A stretch of DNA of 64,000 nt from Candidatus Heimdallarchaeum aukensis (GCA_021513695.1 CP084166.1:2080001-2144000), one strand, 5' to 3'. Shown: positions 1-9,294, counted from the stretch's first letter. Translations and numbers: made by a program. Notes: generated by a model not told the origin, from the letters alone.

Positions 1-1
1 T

Positions 2-835
2 TCTTTAGCTGAGCGAATAGATTTTTCTTCTCTCCCTGATTATTTTGAACATCTTAAGAAAGCTAGTATTATTTTATCTACTGCTAGAGATACTGAACCT
101 GCTTTACGTAATGGTTTACACTTTATTCTTTACGAGTTAGAGCATCAAGCTAGTTCTGTTTCTGAGGCTAAGGAACTTGTTTCTTCTCTTTCCCAGAAAT
201 ACGTTGAGATGTTGAAGGATTCTAAAAGGAAAGTTATCTCTTATGGAGCTCACCGGATTCGTGATAATAGTGTTATTATGACTCATTGTCATTCTTCCTT
301 GTCTACTGGTATAATTATTGAGGCTCACCGTCAGGGTAAAAACATTGAGGTTTTTCTTACTGAGACTCGTCCTAAGTGGCAGGGTCGTATTACTGCTAAG
401 GAGATGGTTGATGCTGAGATTCCTACTACTATGGTTGTTGATAGTGCTATGCGTTACGTAATCAACAGACATAATGTTGATATTGTTATTACCGGTGCTG
501 ATGCAATTACTAGCCAAGGTACTGTTATTAATAAGATTGGTACTCGTCTTTTAGCTTTGGCTGCTAGGGAAATGGATGTTCCTTTTTATACCGCTATCAA
601 CTTGTTGAAGTATGATGCTTCCACTACTATTGGCAAGTTATCTGCGATTGAATTTCGCCCTTCTTCTGAAGTTTGGGAAGATCCTCCTAAAGGTTTGAAA
701 ATTCTTAATCCTGCATTTGAGACAGTTTCTCGTGATCTTATTGATGGTGTAATCACTGAAGCTGGTATTTTTGCTCCTTCCTTGGTTTACATGATTATTA
801 AAGAGCGTTATCCCTTTATGCTCTTAAACGAATGA
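2..835 (+). CDS. ribose-1,5-bisphosphate isomerase (eIF-2B alpha/beta/delta-like, e2b2 family); 5' end lies outside the window
   Basis: The ORF-track protein 209..835 carries the eIF-2B-like/R15P isomerase signature (HRIRDNSVIMTHCHSS, GADAITSQGTVINKIGT). The same frame stays open back to nt 2 with no stop codon. It lies directly upstream of RuBisCO, as in archaeal AMP-salvage loci. Confidence 0.6.
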   Translation, partial: SLAERIDFSSLPDYFEHLKKASIILSTARDTEPALRNGLHFILYELEHQASSVSEAKELVSSLSQKYVEMLKDSKRKVISYGAHRIRDNSVIMTHCHSSLSTGIIIEAHRQGKNIEVFLTETRPKWQGRITAKEMVDAEIPTTMVVDSAMRYVINRHNVDIVITGADAITSQGTVINKIGTRLLALAAREMDVPFYTAINLLKYDASTTIGKLSAIEFRPSSEVWEDPPKGLKILNPAFETVSRDLIDGVITEAGIFAPSLVYMIIKERYPFMLLNE

Positions 836-995
836 ATTTTATGAGCCAACTTTCTTTTCTTTCTTTTTTCTTTCTTTTTCTTCTATTGATTTTTTGCTTG
901 ATTTTTTCTCTAATACATTTATAATTTTTTTTAATAACTAGTAAAGAGTTTTTTTAATTTTCATTTTTTCTGATTAATAAATTTGAACAAAACAG

Positions 996-1006
996 ACCAT
1001 TTAAAA
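996..1006 (+). promoter_or_regulatory. candidate archaeal TATA box (ATTTAAAAG) about 27 nt upstream of the rbcL ATG, implying a leaderless transcript
   Basis: An AT-rich TATA-like octamer sits at the expected spacing from the start codon, and no Shine-Dalgarno sequence is present. Confidence 0.3.
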
Positions 1007-1028
1007 GTTCATTTGCTATTTTTATTTT

Positions 1029-2276
1029 ATGAATAACGCATATAAAGATTTAGTAGTTGCTCGCTATTACGTTGAGCATAAAAGCGTGGAAAAAGCCGCA
1101 GAAGAAATCTGTGATGAAGAAAGTGTTGGCACTTGGACAGACTTACGTACTACAGAGGGTAAGCCTCACGTTGCTAAACTTAGAGCTGAAGTTTTGGACA
1201 CTAAAGTTTTTTCTGAGAAGGATGGTTATCAAACTGGTGAAGTATTAATTGGCTTTAAAACTGAGACTTTTGACTTAGAAGCTGGTATTACTAGTATCCT
1301 CTCTATGCTTGCCGGAAATCTCTTTGGTCTCGGTGCTTTAAGAAACATACGTTGGTTAGACGTTGAGTTTCCTAGAGTCATTGCTGAAACTTATCCTGGT
1401 CCTAAATTTGGTATCGAAGGTGTAAGAAAGATAATAGGGACTGATAAAGGCGAATTTCCTAATCGGCCACATATCGGAACAATAGTCAAACCCAAAATGG
1501 GCTTAACCGCTCAAGAGTGGGCTGATGTAGCCTATGAAGCAGCTATAGGTGGTGTTGATTTCATCAAAGATGATGAAAATTTGTCTGATCAGTCCTTCTG
1601 CAGGTTAGAAGATCGAGTTGTAAAAGTACTTGAAAAATTAGATCAGGTTAAAGAGGAAACCGGTCGCACTGTTTTACATGCTGTAAATGTTACTGCTAAG
1701 CATGATGTTATGTGGAAAAGAATAGAAATGGCTTTAGATAACGGGGCAAAGTGTTTAATGATTGATGTAATATTAACTGGTTTCCAAGAACTTGCTCAAA
1801 TGGCTGAAGATCCAGCAGTTAATGTTCCCATACATGTTCATAGAACAATGCATGCCGCTTTCACTCGAAACCCACTTCATGGAATTTCTATGCTACCTAT
1901 TGCAAAAATAGTTCGCATGTCTGGTGGAGACCAATTGCATATTGGCTCATATGGACAAGGTAAGATGGACACTGATAAAGAACTAGAATTACAAATAAAA
2001 GATACCCTCACTCATCCAATGTATGAATTTAAGCCCACATTTCCTGTAGCTTCCGGAGGATTACATCCCGGAAAAATACCCAACCTAGTAAAATATGGCG
2101 GAAATAATATCATTATTCAAGCAGGTGGAGGTATACACGGTCATCCTGATGGAACAAGGAAAGGGGCAACAGCAATGAAGCAAGCACTAGAAGCAACATT
2201 AAAAGGTATCCCATTAGACGAGTATGCAAAAGAGCATGAAGAATTAGCCAAAGCTTTAACGAAATGGGGTAAGTAG
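1029..2276 (+). CDS. rbcL: ribulose-1,5-bisphosphate carboxylase/oxygenase large subunit, archaeal form III
   Basis: RuBisCO active-site motifs are conserved: KPKMGL, GGVDFIKDDENL (carbamylated Lys), HVHRTMHAAF, GGDQLHIGSYGQGKM and QAGGGIHGHPDGTRKGA. The protein is 415 aa. Confidence 0.85.
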   Translation: MNNAYKDLVVARYYVEHKSVEKAAEEICDEESVGTWTDLRTTEGKPHVAKLRAEVLDTKVFSEKDGYQTGEVLIGFKTETFDLEAGITSILSMLAGNLFGLGALRNIRWLDVEFPRVIAETYPGPKFGIEGVRKIIGTDKGEFPNRPHIGTIVKPKMGLTAQEWADVAYEAAIGGVDFIKDDENLSDQSFCRLEDRVVKVLEKLDQVKEETGRTVLHAVNVTAKHDVMWKRIEMALDNGAKCLMIDVILTGFQELAQMAEDPAVNVPIHVHRTMHAAFTRNPLHGISMLPIAKIVRMSGGDQLHIGSYGQGKMDTDKELELQIKDTLTHPMYEFKPTFPVASGGLHPGKIPNLVKYGGNNIIIQAGGGIHGHPDGTRKGATAMKQALEATLKGIPLDEYAKEHEELAKALTKWGK

Positions 2277-2295
2277 TCAATTAATGCAACTTGAC

Positions 2296-2340
2296 TTTTA
2301 CTAATTTTTTCTTTTTTTTCGTTTTTTTCTTGTTTCTTCT
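2296..2340 (+). terminator. oligo-T tracts downstream of rbcL (archaeal intrinsic terminator candidate)
   Basis: Successive T5-T8 runs begin right after the stop codon at 2276. Confidence 0.3.
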
Positions 2341-2499
2341 TATTGGCTTGAACCTTTTTTTCTAATTAGTTGATTATTGGAATAAATAAAAAGAAAATTT
2401 AAAATTAGTGGCTAATACTTAAAACAGAGGAAAGGAAAATAAACAATCTACTTTACAATACTAATCGAAAAAAGAAATATTTATATTAACAGTATAAAC

Positions 2500-2757
2500 T
2501 TGAGGAACGAGAGAATTGGAGTAATGACAATGAGTAAGACACAAAAACCAATGGACCTGTTGAATAACGCTAGAGAAAAAACAGTGTTGATAAGGCTAAG
2601 AGGAAATAGACGAATGAGAGGAACACTAAAAGCTTACGACGTGCACCTCAACCTAATACTAGAAAATGCAGAAGAAATAGGAGAGGAAGGACTTATACCT
2701 CTAGGAGACATAATACTAAGAGGAGACAATGTGATAATGGTCTCTCCAGTGATATAA
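2500..2757 (+). CDS. Sm-like archaeal protein (LSm/SmAP); true start probably the internal ATG at about 2524, which follows a GGAG
   Basis: Sm1/Sm2 fold signature: VLIRLRGNRRMRGTLKAYDVHLNLIL ... GDIILRGDNVIMV. A TTTATATT TATA-like element lies about 40 nt upstream. Confidence 0.8.
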   Translation: MRNERIGVMTMSKTQKPMDLLNNAREKTVLIRLRGNRRMRGTLKAYDVHLNLILENAEEIGEEGLIPLGDIILRGDNVIMVSPVI

Positions 2758-2781
2758 TAATAAAGTAGAAAAGGGATAAAA

Positions 2782-2946
2782 ATGACTAAAGGAACACCAT
2801 CATTCGGAAGACATAATAAAGCAGCAACACACATGATCTGCAGAAGATGTGGAAAAAGATCATATCATCGAACAAAAAAAGTTTGTGCATCATGTGGATA
2901 TGGAAGAACAGCAAAAATAAGAAGTTATGCATGGCATAAACACTAA
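2782..2946 (+). CDS. rpl37e: 50S ribosomal protein L37e (54 aa; not in ORF track because it is under 60 aa)
   Basis: Translation gives [54 protein letters not shown], which has the C4 zinc-ribbon typical of L37e. An Sm-L37e gene pair is a conserved archaeal arrangement. Confidence 0.8.
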   Translation: MTKGTPSFGRHNKAATHMICRRCGKRSYHRTKKVCASCGYGRTAKIRSYAWHKH

Positions 2947-3024
2947 AAGGTTAGATTTTACTAACCTAAAAAAATTTATAAAAGAAGAAAATCACAATTG
3001 CCATAAATTGTGAAAAAACATTGT

Positions 3025-3135
3025 GGGCTGGTAGTTCAGAGGAAGAACGCTTCCTTGGCATGGAAGAGGCCGGGGGTTCAATTGATTTTTCGTGCGCTGT
3101 GTGCGCCGAATCTGAAAATCCCCCCCAGTCCACCA
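3025..3135 (+). tRNA. tRNA-Ala (anticodon GGC) with a roughly 36-nt intron inside the T-loop (non-canonical position); CCA is encoded
   Basis: A hand-folded cloverleaf gives acceptor GGGCTGG/CCAGTCC with the G3:U70 alanine identity pair. D-stem is GTTC/GAAC. Anticodon arm is CTTCC-TTGGCAT-GGAAG. T-stem is GGGGG/CCCCC, with the TTCAA..AT loop interrupted at 3082..3117. Confidence 0.75.
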
Positions 3136-3287
3136 TTACTTTTTTAGTAATCAGTTATTGGTTTTGATTTGTTTTCTTTTTTTTACTTTAATTTCCATTA
3201 TTGGATTTTCTTTTAACCACAAAGTTTTTTTTATATTAGTTCCTTTTTTATACTTATGGGATTAATATATAATAGAAGGTAGAAATT

Positions 3288-5027
3288 ATGTCTGGTGAAA
3301 GAACAAGTTATGATGGTGATCTCGCTCGTTTAATGTCTGAAGCTCGTGATCTTTTTAAATCTGCCAATTATTCACAGGCAGCTAATAAGTATCTTAAAGC
3401 TGCTGAAGTTCAGCATGAGACCTTAGGATTAGAACAAGCTCGTGATTTATATAATGAGGCTATTCAGAATTTTTTACGTGCTTCTGAGGATTACAAAGAA
3501 AAAAAGCAATACCGTACTAGTGCTCAAAACCTCTACCAAATTGCTCTTATTTATAAAAAATTAAATGATAAAGAAAATTGGTCTGCTGCTATGCGGGCTG
3601 TCATTGATGACCTTTTAGCTGCAGCTCAAGATTATTTACAATTATGGAACGAGTATGAGCGAGCTATTACTTTGGTTTCTGCTTCTTGTTTTCTGTTATT
3701 CTCTTTAGAAGATTTTAGTCTTGCTGAGCAATATTACAATCAATATATTGCTCAAATTCAGAATGATCCAGGTTTTACTGTGGCTCAGCAAGTTCTTTAT
3801 GCAGCTGGGTATGCTATTAAAGCAGTTAAGGATTTAGACGCAAAGGCTCTTCTTAGTGCTCAACAACTTGTTGGGAGTCATCTAAAACCCCATCTTTCTC
3901 AGATGATGGATTCTTCTTTTGTGGATGCTATCGATCGTTCTCTTGACGATGTTGTTCGCATCTTTCGTTCCAAAATCAAACTTCCTAAAATTATCCCCGA
4001 GCTTAATTTCTCTCGTGATCTTGTTTTAAATGAACCCAGTACTCTAAAAGTTGTCTTAGAGAATGAAGGTGAAGGAGACGCTTTTAATATTGATTTTCAA
4101 CTTTATATTCCTGATGAGGTTGAAATTTTAGATGGACAGAAACAATTTATCGTCCCTGAATTATCTTCTGGACAAAAACATGAGCATTCTCTTACTTTTC
4201 GTTGTATGTCAGCTACTGGGGAAGTTACTCATGAGGTTAGTGGTAAGGTAACCTTCTATGACCAACTTCAAACCAAGCAAACAATGATGATTGGACCTTA
4301 TGATCTTATCTTTCGTGAAGTTAGTTTGTCAAAAGAACTGGGAGGAAAATTAGCTGATTTTGAAGCAAGGTGTAATAATTATAAAGAATCGTTGAAGAAC
4401 TCTTTAATTCTTCCAGACGAAGTGGTTGAAAAAACTATTTCTTTGATTCGTGATATCATACGTGCCGCAGAAGAAGATATAAGTAAAGAGGAGTTTAAAA
4501 GTGTTGAATCTAGCATATTGAGTATCTCCAAAGCCTTTAATTTCTTTGATGATATAACCTCACCTGATTTTGTACAAAAGATAAAGGAAGAGCGTGATAG
4601 AGAAATCCAAGAGAAAATTGATGCTGCAGTAGAGAAAGTAAAACTTGAACTACAGGAAGAATTTGCAAAAGAGAAGCAAGAGTTGTCTACCCGCCATCAA
4701 GAAGAATTAACCAATCTCGAAAATGAGTTACGTCAGAAGTTTGAGGAAGAGAAGGCTACTATTATTGAACAAACTAAAGCTGAAGTTAGTGAAACACATA
4801 AACAAGAAATAGAAGAACTTATGAATGAATTAAACAGCCAGCATAAGAAGGAGATCGAAGAGCTCAAGTTGGAAGCTGAAGAAGAAAAAAACCGAGCTTT
4901 AGCAGAACTTCGTGCTCAGATGGAAGAAGAGAAAAAGAAAGCGCTTGAAGAACAAGAATCACTTCTTCAAGAAGAGTTTCAGAAACGTCTATCTCAACTT
5001 CAAAATAGTTCAAAAAAGAAAGATTAA
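3288..5027 (+). CDS. hypothetical protein with an N-terminal alpha-helical (TPR/MIT-like) region, a central beta-rich region and a roughly 150-aa E/K/Q-rich C-terminal coiled coil
   Basis: 579-aa ORF with T-ending codon bias. The C-terminus shows heptad-like EEL/KQE periodicity. No recognizable catalytic motif. Confidence 0.5.
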   Translation: MSGERTSYDGDLARLMSEARDLFKSANYSQAANKYLKAAEVQHETLGLEQARDLYNEAIQNFLRASEDYKEKKQYRTSAQNLYQIALIYKKLNDKENWSAAMRAVIDDLLAAAQDYLQLWNEYERAITLVSASCFLLFSLEDFSLAEQYYNQYIAQIQNDPGFTVAQQVLYAAGYAIKAVKDLDAKALLSAQQLVGSHLKPHLSQMMDSSFVDAIDRSLDDVVRIFRSKIKLPKIIPELNFSRDLVLNEPSTLKVVLENEGEGDAFNIDFQLYIPDEVEILDGQKQFIVPELSSGQKHEHSLTFRCMSATGEVTHEVSGKVTFYDQLQTKQTMMIGPYDLIFREVSLSKELGGKLADFEARCNNYKESLKNSLILPDEVVEKTISLIRDIIRAAEEDISKEEFKSVESSILSISKAFNFFDDITSPDFVQKIKEERDREIQEKIDAAVEKVKLELQEEFAKEKQELSTRHQEELTNLENELRQKFEEEKATIIEQTKAEVSETHKQEIEELMNELNSQHKKEIEELKLEAEEEKNRALAELRAQMEEEKKKALEEQESLLQEEFQKRLSQLQNSSKKKD

Positions 5028-5038
5028 ACCTTTTTATT

Positions 5039-5455
5039 TTAGCTATTACTTTTTTTGTCTATCGTTAATGTTCTTCTTTCAGGGTCAATTGATATTATAT
5101 CTCCCGTGGACACTATTTTTGTGATGTCTCTATTTTCTACTTCAAAGAAAGGGATTTCTGCTAAAATTGCTCCTGCAATAACAATTGTTTCAGCGTGATT
5201 TGTTACTAAAGCTAGAGGACTAACGTTATTTACCTTTAAACTGTATATTACATAAGATCCTACTGTGGAACCCACACTTTCAGGAAAGACAAATATCTTA
5301 TCTTTAATTGATTTTCCGTGTAGTTCGCTTTGTATGTCTGCAATTATACCTTTTTTTCCATCTACTCCTCCAAGAAAAGAAATAGGTTTTTTAGAAACAA
5401 TTGCTTCTCCTCTAACACTACCTGTTACAATTACCTTTACTTCTACTTCTTTCAT
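5039..5455 (-). CDS. aconitase X small (swivel) subunit, DUF126 family; likely mevalonate-5-phosphate dehydratase small subunit
   Basis: DUF126 signature: ISFLGGVDGKKGII ... GKSIKDKIFVFPESVGSTVGSYVIY ... AGAILAEIPF. It overlaps the downstream large subunit by 4 nt. Confidence 0.75.
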   Translation of the reverse strand: MKEVEVKVIVTGSVRGEAIVSKKPISFLGGVDGKKGIIADIQSELHGKSIKDKIFVFPESVGSTVGSYVIYSLKVNNVSPLALVTNHAETIVIAGAILAEIPFFEVENRDITKIVSTGDIISIDPERRTLTIDKKSNS

Positions 5456-6648
5456 CTTAGAGTTCTCCTTAAAATATTTTCAAGTGTATCAAGGAAAACA
5501 TTAGTTTCTTTGTTTTTACTTAAATAAAAAACTGCTTTAGAAGAGTTAGTTATAATATTTCTGTAATTTTGTCTAGTCACAGGAGAGACAACCATACATG
5601 TATCAGCATAAACCTTTATACCCTTTTTAGTCAATTCTTTTACTATTGAAACTGTCTCAATATCAGTTAGAACTTTCCTTGAAGTAAAAATCATTATATC
5701 TACATCAGATTTTTTTTGTTTGCTCTTAACAACGTTATAAATCATTTTTATTTCTTTTTTTGAAGCGTGGGGGCAACCTATTGCAATCAAATCAATATTA
5801 TCTTGTTCTTTAAATCTTTCATAGATTGCTTTTTTTTCTTCTTCAGTAAAGTGAATTGTTTCTGTTAAATCCTCTTTTTTAATTTTCTTATATTCTGGTG
5901 TGAAGTGTTCTACATGATACATTGCTACGCTTCCTGATGCAGCCATTGCTGCAGATAGACTCTTTGCTTTTTCTATAGACAGTTGTTTTATACCCCTAAA
6001 GAAAGGTATTTTTCCTCCTTGATTCTCTCCAAACCAAAACCCTAAAACTGAAAAATCTGCGAAGGACTCTAATGCTGCATCTACTTCTATTAATACCTCT
6101 GGTTTACGATTTTCTGGTAAATGTAATCCATATTCTGCAGTAAGCCCTGTTAACGCTGAAGCTAAAGATGAGGGCCCTCCTTCACGATTTGTTCTTGCTC
6201 CAAAATAACTATTAGCCATTGAAACAGCAGAACTCTCACTCCAAGCAACATGTTCTCCAAATTTTGGTTCGTGCCCTACTAAATAGGGCGTGCATGTTAA
6301 AGTATCTTTTATCCCTAGCTTTCTATACTCTTCAATAATCTGTATTTGCTTTTTAGAAAATAAACTATCAATGCCCATCTCTTTGTATCTGCCCATGTCC
6401 ATTCCTGCTGGATTTAACCACGAAGGGATCTTAACTTTCAAATTGTCTTTATTTATCATGTCAAAAAAAGAAAATATTGCATCACCTACAGTTAAATAAG
6501 AGACTCCTGCAATTTGAGCACTATTTACAGAAATAAGCTTCTCTGCACCATTTACTTCTCCAATCTTAACTATTAGCTGCAGCATTTTAGAAAGAGCTTC
6601 CCCTTTTTCTCCTTCTAAAATTCTTTCTTGTTCTTTGGTTAGATACAT
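5452..6648 (-). CDS. aconitase X catalytic (large) subunit, DUF521 family
   Basis: 398-aa protein with an AcnX large-subunit-like sequence. It is translationally coupled to the DUF126 gene. Confidence 0.7.
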   Translation of the reverse strand: MYLTKEQERILEGEKGEALSKMLQLIVKIGEVNGAEKLISVNSAQIAGVSYLTVGDAIFSFFDMINKDNLKVKIPSWLNPAGMDMGRYKEMGIDSLFSKKQIQIIEEYRKLGIKDTLTCTPYLVGHEPKFGEHVAWSESSAVSMANSYFGARTNREGGPSSLASALTGLTAEYGLHLPENRKPEVLIEVDAALESFADFSVLGFWFGENQGGKIPFFRGIKQLSIEKAKSLSAAMAASGSVAMYHVEHFTPEYKKIKKEDLTETIHFTEEEKKAIYERFKEQDNIDLIAIGCPHASKKEIKMIYNVVKSKQKKSDVDIMIFTSRKVLTDIETVSIVKELTKKGIKVYADTCMVVSPVTRQNYRNIITNSSKAVFYLSKNKETNVFLDTLENILRRTLR

Positions 6649-6701
6649 TACTTCTAACTTTTCTTATTTTTATTTAAACGCTTTCAATTGTCTATTCTTG
6701 G

Positions 6702-7331
6702 TTAATAAACCACTAATTTTTCACATATGTCGTTGAGAGGACATTTATCACATTTAGGACTTTTTTTTGAACATGTCTCTTTTGCATGTTTAACTAATAG
6801 TGCATGAAGTTCCTTGTATAATTCTACATCTTCAGGTATATTTTGTGATACTAGTTTTTGTAATTCGTTATAATCAAATTTCTCTTTATTATAAATCCCC
6901 AATCTTTTAAAAATTCTGAAAGTATAAGCATCGACTACGAAAAAGGGTTTTTCAAATAAATAGTTTAAAATAGAATCTGCAGTCTCGAAACCAATTCCTT
7001 TAACACTTAAAAGCTCTTCCCGCGTAGGTTTAGTTTTTTCTGCAAGTAAATTAATCAAATTACGCAACCGAATGGCCTTCAATCTGTAATAACCTGATGG
7101 ACGAATCAATTCTTCGAGTTTACTTAATTCGATTGATTGTAAGCATTTAATTGACAAACAATTTGCTTTTCTGAGGTTATTTAACGCTATTTCAACATTA
7201 TTCCATGATGTTTGTTGAGTAAGTACTGCACCTATAGCTATCTCTATTCCTTCTCCTGGCCACCAGTTTTGCCTTCCATAAAATTCTAATAGTTTTTGAT
7301 AAGTAAACTGTAGTTTTTCGCTTAAATCCAT
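6702..7331 (-). CDS. endonuclease III-like HhH-GPD DNA glycosylase with a 4Fe-4S cluster loop
   Basis: An HhH motif (LLSVKGIGFETADSIL) is present. The C-terminal C-x6-C-x2-C-x5-C pattern (CSKKSPKCDKCPLNDIC) is typical of the Nth family. Confidence 0.75.
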   Translation of the reverse strand: MDLSEKLQFTYQKLLEFYGRQNWWPGEGIEIAIGAVLTQQTSWNNVEIALNNLRKANCLSIKCLQSIELSKLEELIRPSGYYRLKAIRLRNLINLLAEKTKPTREELLSVKGIGFETADSILNYLFEKPFFVVDAYTFRIFKRLGIYNKEKFDYNELQKLVSQNIPEDVELYKELHALLVKHAKETCSKKSPKCDKCPLNDICEKLVVY

Positions 7332-7404
7332 TGATTGTACAAAATTGGACTAATAAATTAATTTTTGTTTACTTAACTATTTATTCCGAAGTTTTATATT
7401 AACA

Positions 7405-8028
7405 TTGGTAAATGTCGTCACGCAAATGACAATCGAAGACATTGATGCTTCAGAATTTGATATTACTTGTCCATCTTGTAAAAGTAACGATGTTGAGGTC
7501 TCTCAGAAGATTCTAGATATTCCCCATTTTTCAAAGGTTTGGTTGTATAACATTAAATGCAATAATTGTGGTTACAAACATAATGATATGTTAAACCTTG
7601 AATCTAAGGAAGCGACGAGATATATTTATAAAGTAGAAAACGCCAAAGATTATACTTCTAAAATAGTTCGCTCTGCCAATGGGACAGTGAGAATCCCTGA
7701 ATTAGGCGTTATAATAGAACCAGGACCAAGTTCAACTGGCTTTATCAATAATATAGAAGGTGTACTGCAAGATGTGAAAGAAAAAGTCCTATTTTTACTT
7801 AAGAATGCACAAAGCGAAGGTGAACGAGAAAAAATTATCCAATATATTAACCAGTTAAATAGTTATATAGAAAGAAGTTTACCTCTTACATTTATTATTG
7901 AAGATCCACTAGGAAATAGTTTAATTGTCCCATATGATGAAGAAAAACTAACTGTTGAAATATTAACCGAGGAAGAAGCATCAAATCTAAAAACCGGGTA
8001 TTTAATTTTCTCAACAAAAAAAAGTTAA
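7405..8028 (+). CDS. ZPR1-type zinc-finger protein (archaeal Zpr1 homolog)
   Basis: Two cysteine pairs, C-x2-C ... C-x2-C-G-Y (ITCPSCKSNDVEV ... IPHFSKVWLYNIKCNNCGYKHND), are followed by a beta-rich domain as in the zf-ZPR1 family. Confidence 0.65.
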   Translation: MVNVVTQMTIEDIDASEFDITCPSCKSNDVEVSQKILDIPHFSKVWLYNIKCNNCGYKHNDMLNLESKEATRYIYKVENAKDYTSKIVRSANGTVRIPELGVIIEPGPSSTGFINNIEGVLQDVKEKVLFLLKNAQSEGEREKIIQYINQLNSYIERSLPLTFIIEDPLGNSLIVPYDEEKLTVEILTEEEASNLKTGYLIFSTKKS

Positions 8029-8043
8029 AGATGAGTTGATTTT

Positions 8044-9294
8044 TTGAAGCAGATAGTTGACTTTCATATCCATAGTCCTTTCTCGCGTGGTGTATCAAAA
8101 AACATGCAGATTTCTATTTTAGCTGCAGAAGCAAGAAAAAAAGGACTTGATATAATCGGAACCGGAGATGTTTTCCACAAACAATGGAATAAATACCTCC
8201 AAGAAAATTTGTCTTATGAAGTTGATGGATTATACAGCCCTTCAAAGAAAGAATATAATACATTGTTTATTGCTACAGGAGAAGTTGAGGATAACGAACA
8301 TATTCATCATTTAGTTATAGTTCCTAGTTTAAAAACTGGTATCGAGATAGCAATAGAGTTTGAAAAAAGGAACAAAATAAAGCTATCTCGCTATGGTGGG
8401 AGACCTAGAGTGGACATGGATGCTTCTCAACTTGTAGATTTGGTAAAAGAGTATAACTGTTTAATTGGTCCTGCACATATATTTACTCCTTTTACTTCAA
8501 TTTTTAGAGAAAATAAATATTCATCACTAAAAGACTGTTTTAAAGAATCAACTGTTAAGGTTGACTTTGTAGAGCTCGGCCTTTCTGCAAATTCTGCGAT
8601 GGCCGATAAAATAAAAGAACTTTGGGGGTATACTTTTTTAAGCAATTCAGATAGCCATTCTCCTAAATCATCGAAAATAGGACGAGAAGCAAATGTGATA
8701 GAGGTTGATGATGTATCTTTCAGTTCAATCCAAAAGTCATTAGAAAAAGGAAAGGAGTCCAAGATTATTTTGAATGTTGGATTAGATCCTCGTTTGGGCA
8801 AATATCATTTGTCTTTTTGCTATAAATGTAGAAGAAGGATAGTATATATTCATAATCCTTCAAAAATTTATGATGAAAAGTTCATTTATTTTGAAAAAGA
8901 AAATGAGAAACAATTCATGATTTCAATATCAGCTAGAAAACTACGTTGTCCTGCATGTAATGGTTTACTTAAATTAGGCGTAAATGACAGGGTAGAGTTA
9001 TTAGCAACTACAAATAAAAAGAACACAAAACGTCCTCCTTATTTTGATAGTGTGCCTCTCGTGTCACTTATTTCTAAAGGACTTAAAATAAAGAACCCTG
9101 ATTCAAAAACGGTGATAAAAGAGTATAACCGTTTAATAGCTACATTTGAAAATGAATACAATATTTTACTTAATGCATCAATAGAAGAAATTAGAAAAGA
9201 GAATGATTATATTGGTAAAAAAATAGAGTTGATGAGAGAAAATAAATTGGAAATCATTCCTGGTGGAGGGGGAAACTATGGGGAATTGGTTTAA
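8044..9294 (+). CDS. PHP-domain metal-dependent phosphoesterase with a C-terminal Cys4 zinc ribbon
   Basis: The N-terminus has a PHP signature (DFHIHSPFSRG ... GTGDVFH). Zinc-ribbon cysteines follow (CYKCRRR ... CPACNG). Confidence 0.55.
   Translation: MKQIVDFHIHSPFSRGVSKNMQISILAAEARKKGLDIIGTGDVFHKQWNKYLQENLSYEVDGLYSPSKKEYNTLFIATGEVEDNEHIHHLVIVPSLKTGIEIAIEFEKRNKIKLSRYGGRPRVDMDASQLVDLVKEYNCLIGPAHIFTPFTSIFRENKYSSLKDCFKESTVKVDFVELGLSANSAMADKIKELWGYTFLSNSDSHSPKSSKIGREANVIEVDDVSFSSIQKSLEKGKESKIILNVGLDPRLGKYHLSFCYKCRRRIVYIHNPSKIYDEKFIYFEKENEKQFMISISARKLRCPACNGLLKLGVNDRVELLATTNKKNTKRPPYFDSVPLVSLISKGLKIKNPDSKTVIKEYNRLIATFENEYNILLNASIEEIRKENDYIGKKIELMRENKLEIIPGGGGNYGELV

Noticed and set aside
137-517. 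126-aa minus-strand ORF from the six-frame track
   Set aside because: It is entirely antisense to the strongly supported R15P isomerase gene, has low-complexity N/S/T-rich composition and no motifs.
1029-2276. RuBisCO-like protein (form IV, non-carboxylating)
   Set aside because: The carbamylated lysine motif (DFIKDDENL), KPKMGL and the C-terminal GGG.HGHP.G loop are all conserved, which argues for a bona fide carboxylase (form III).
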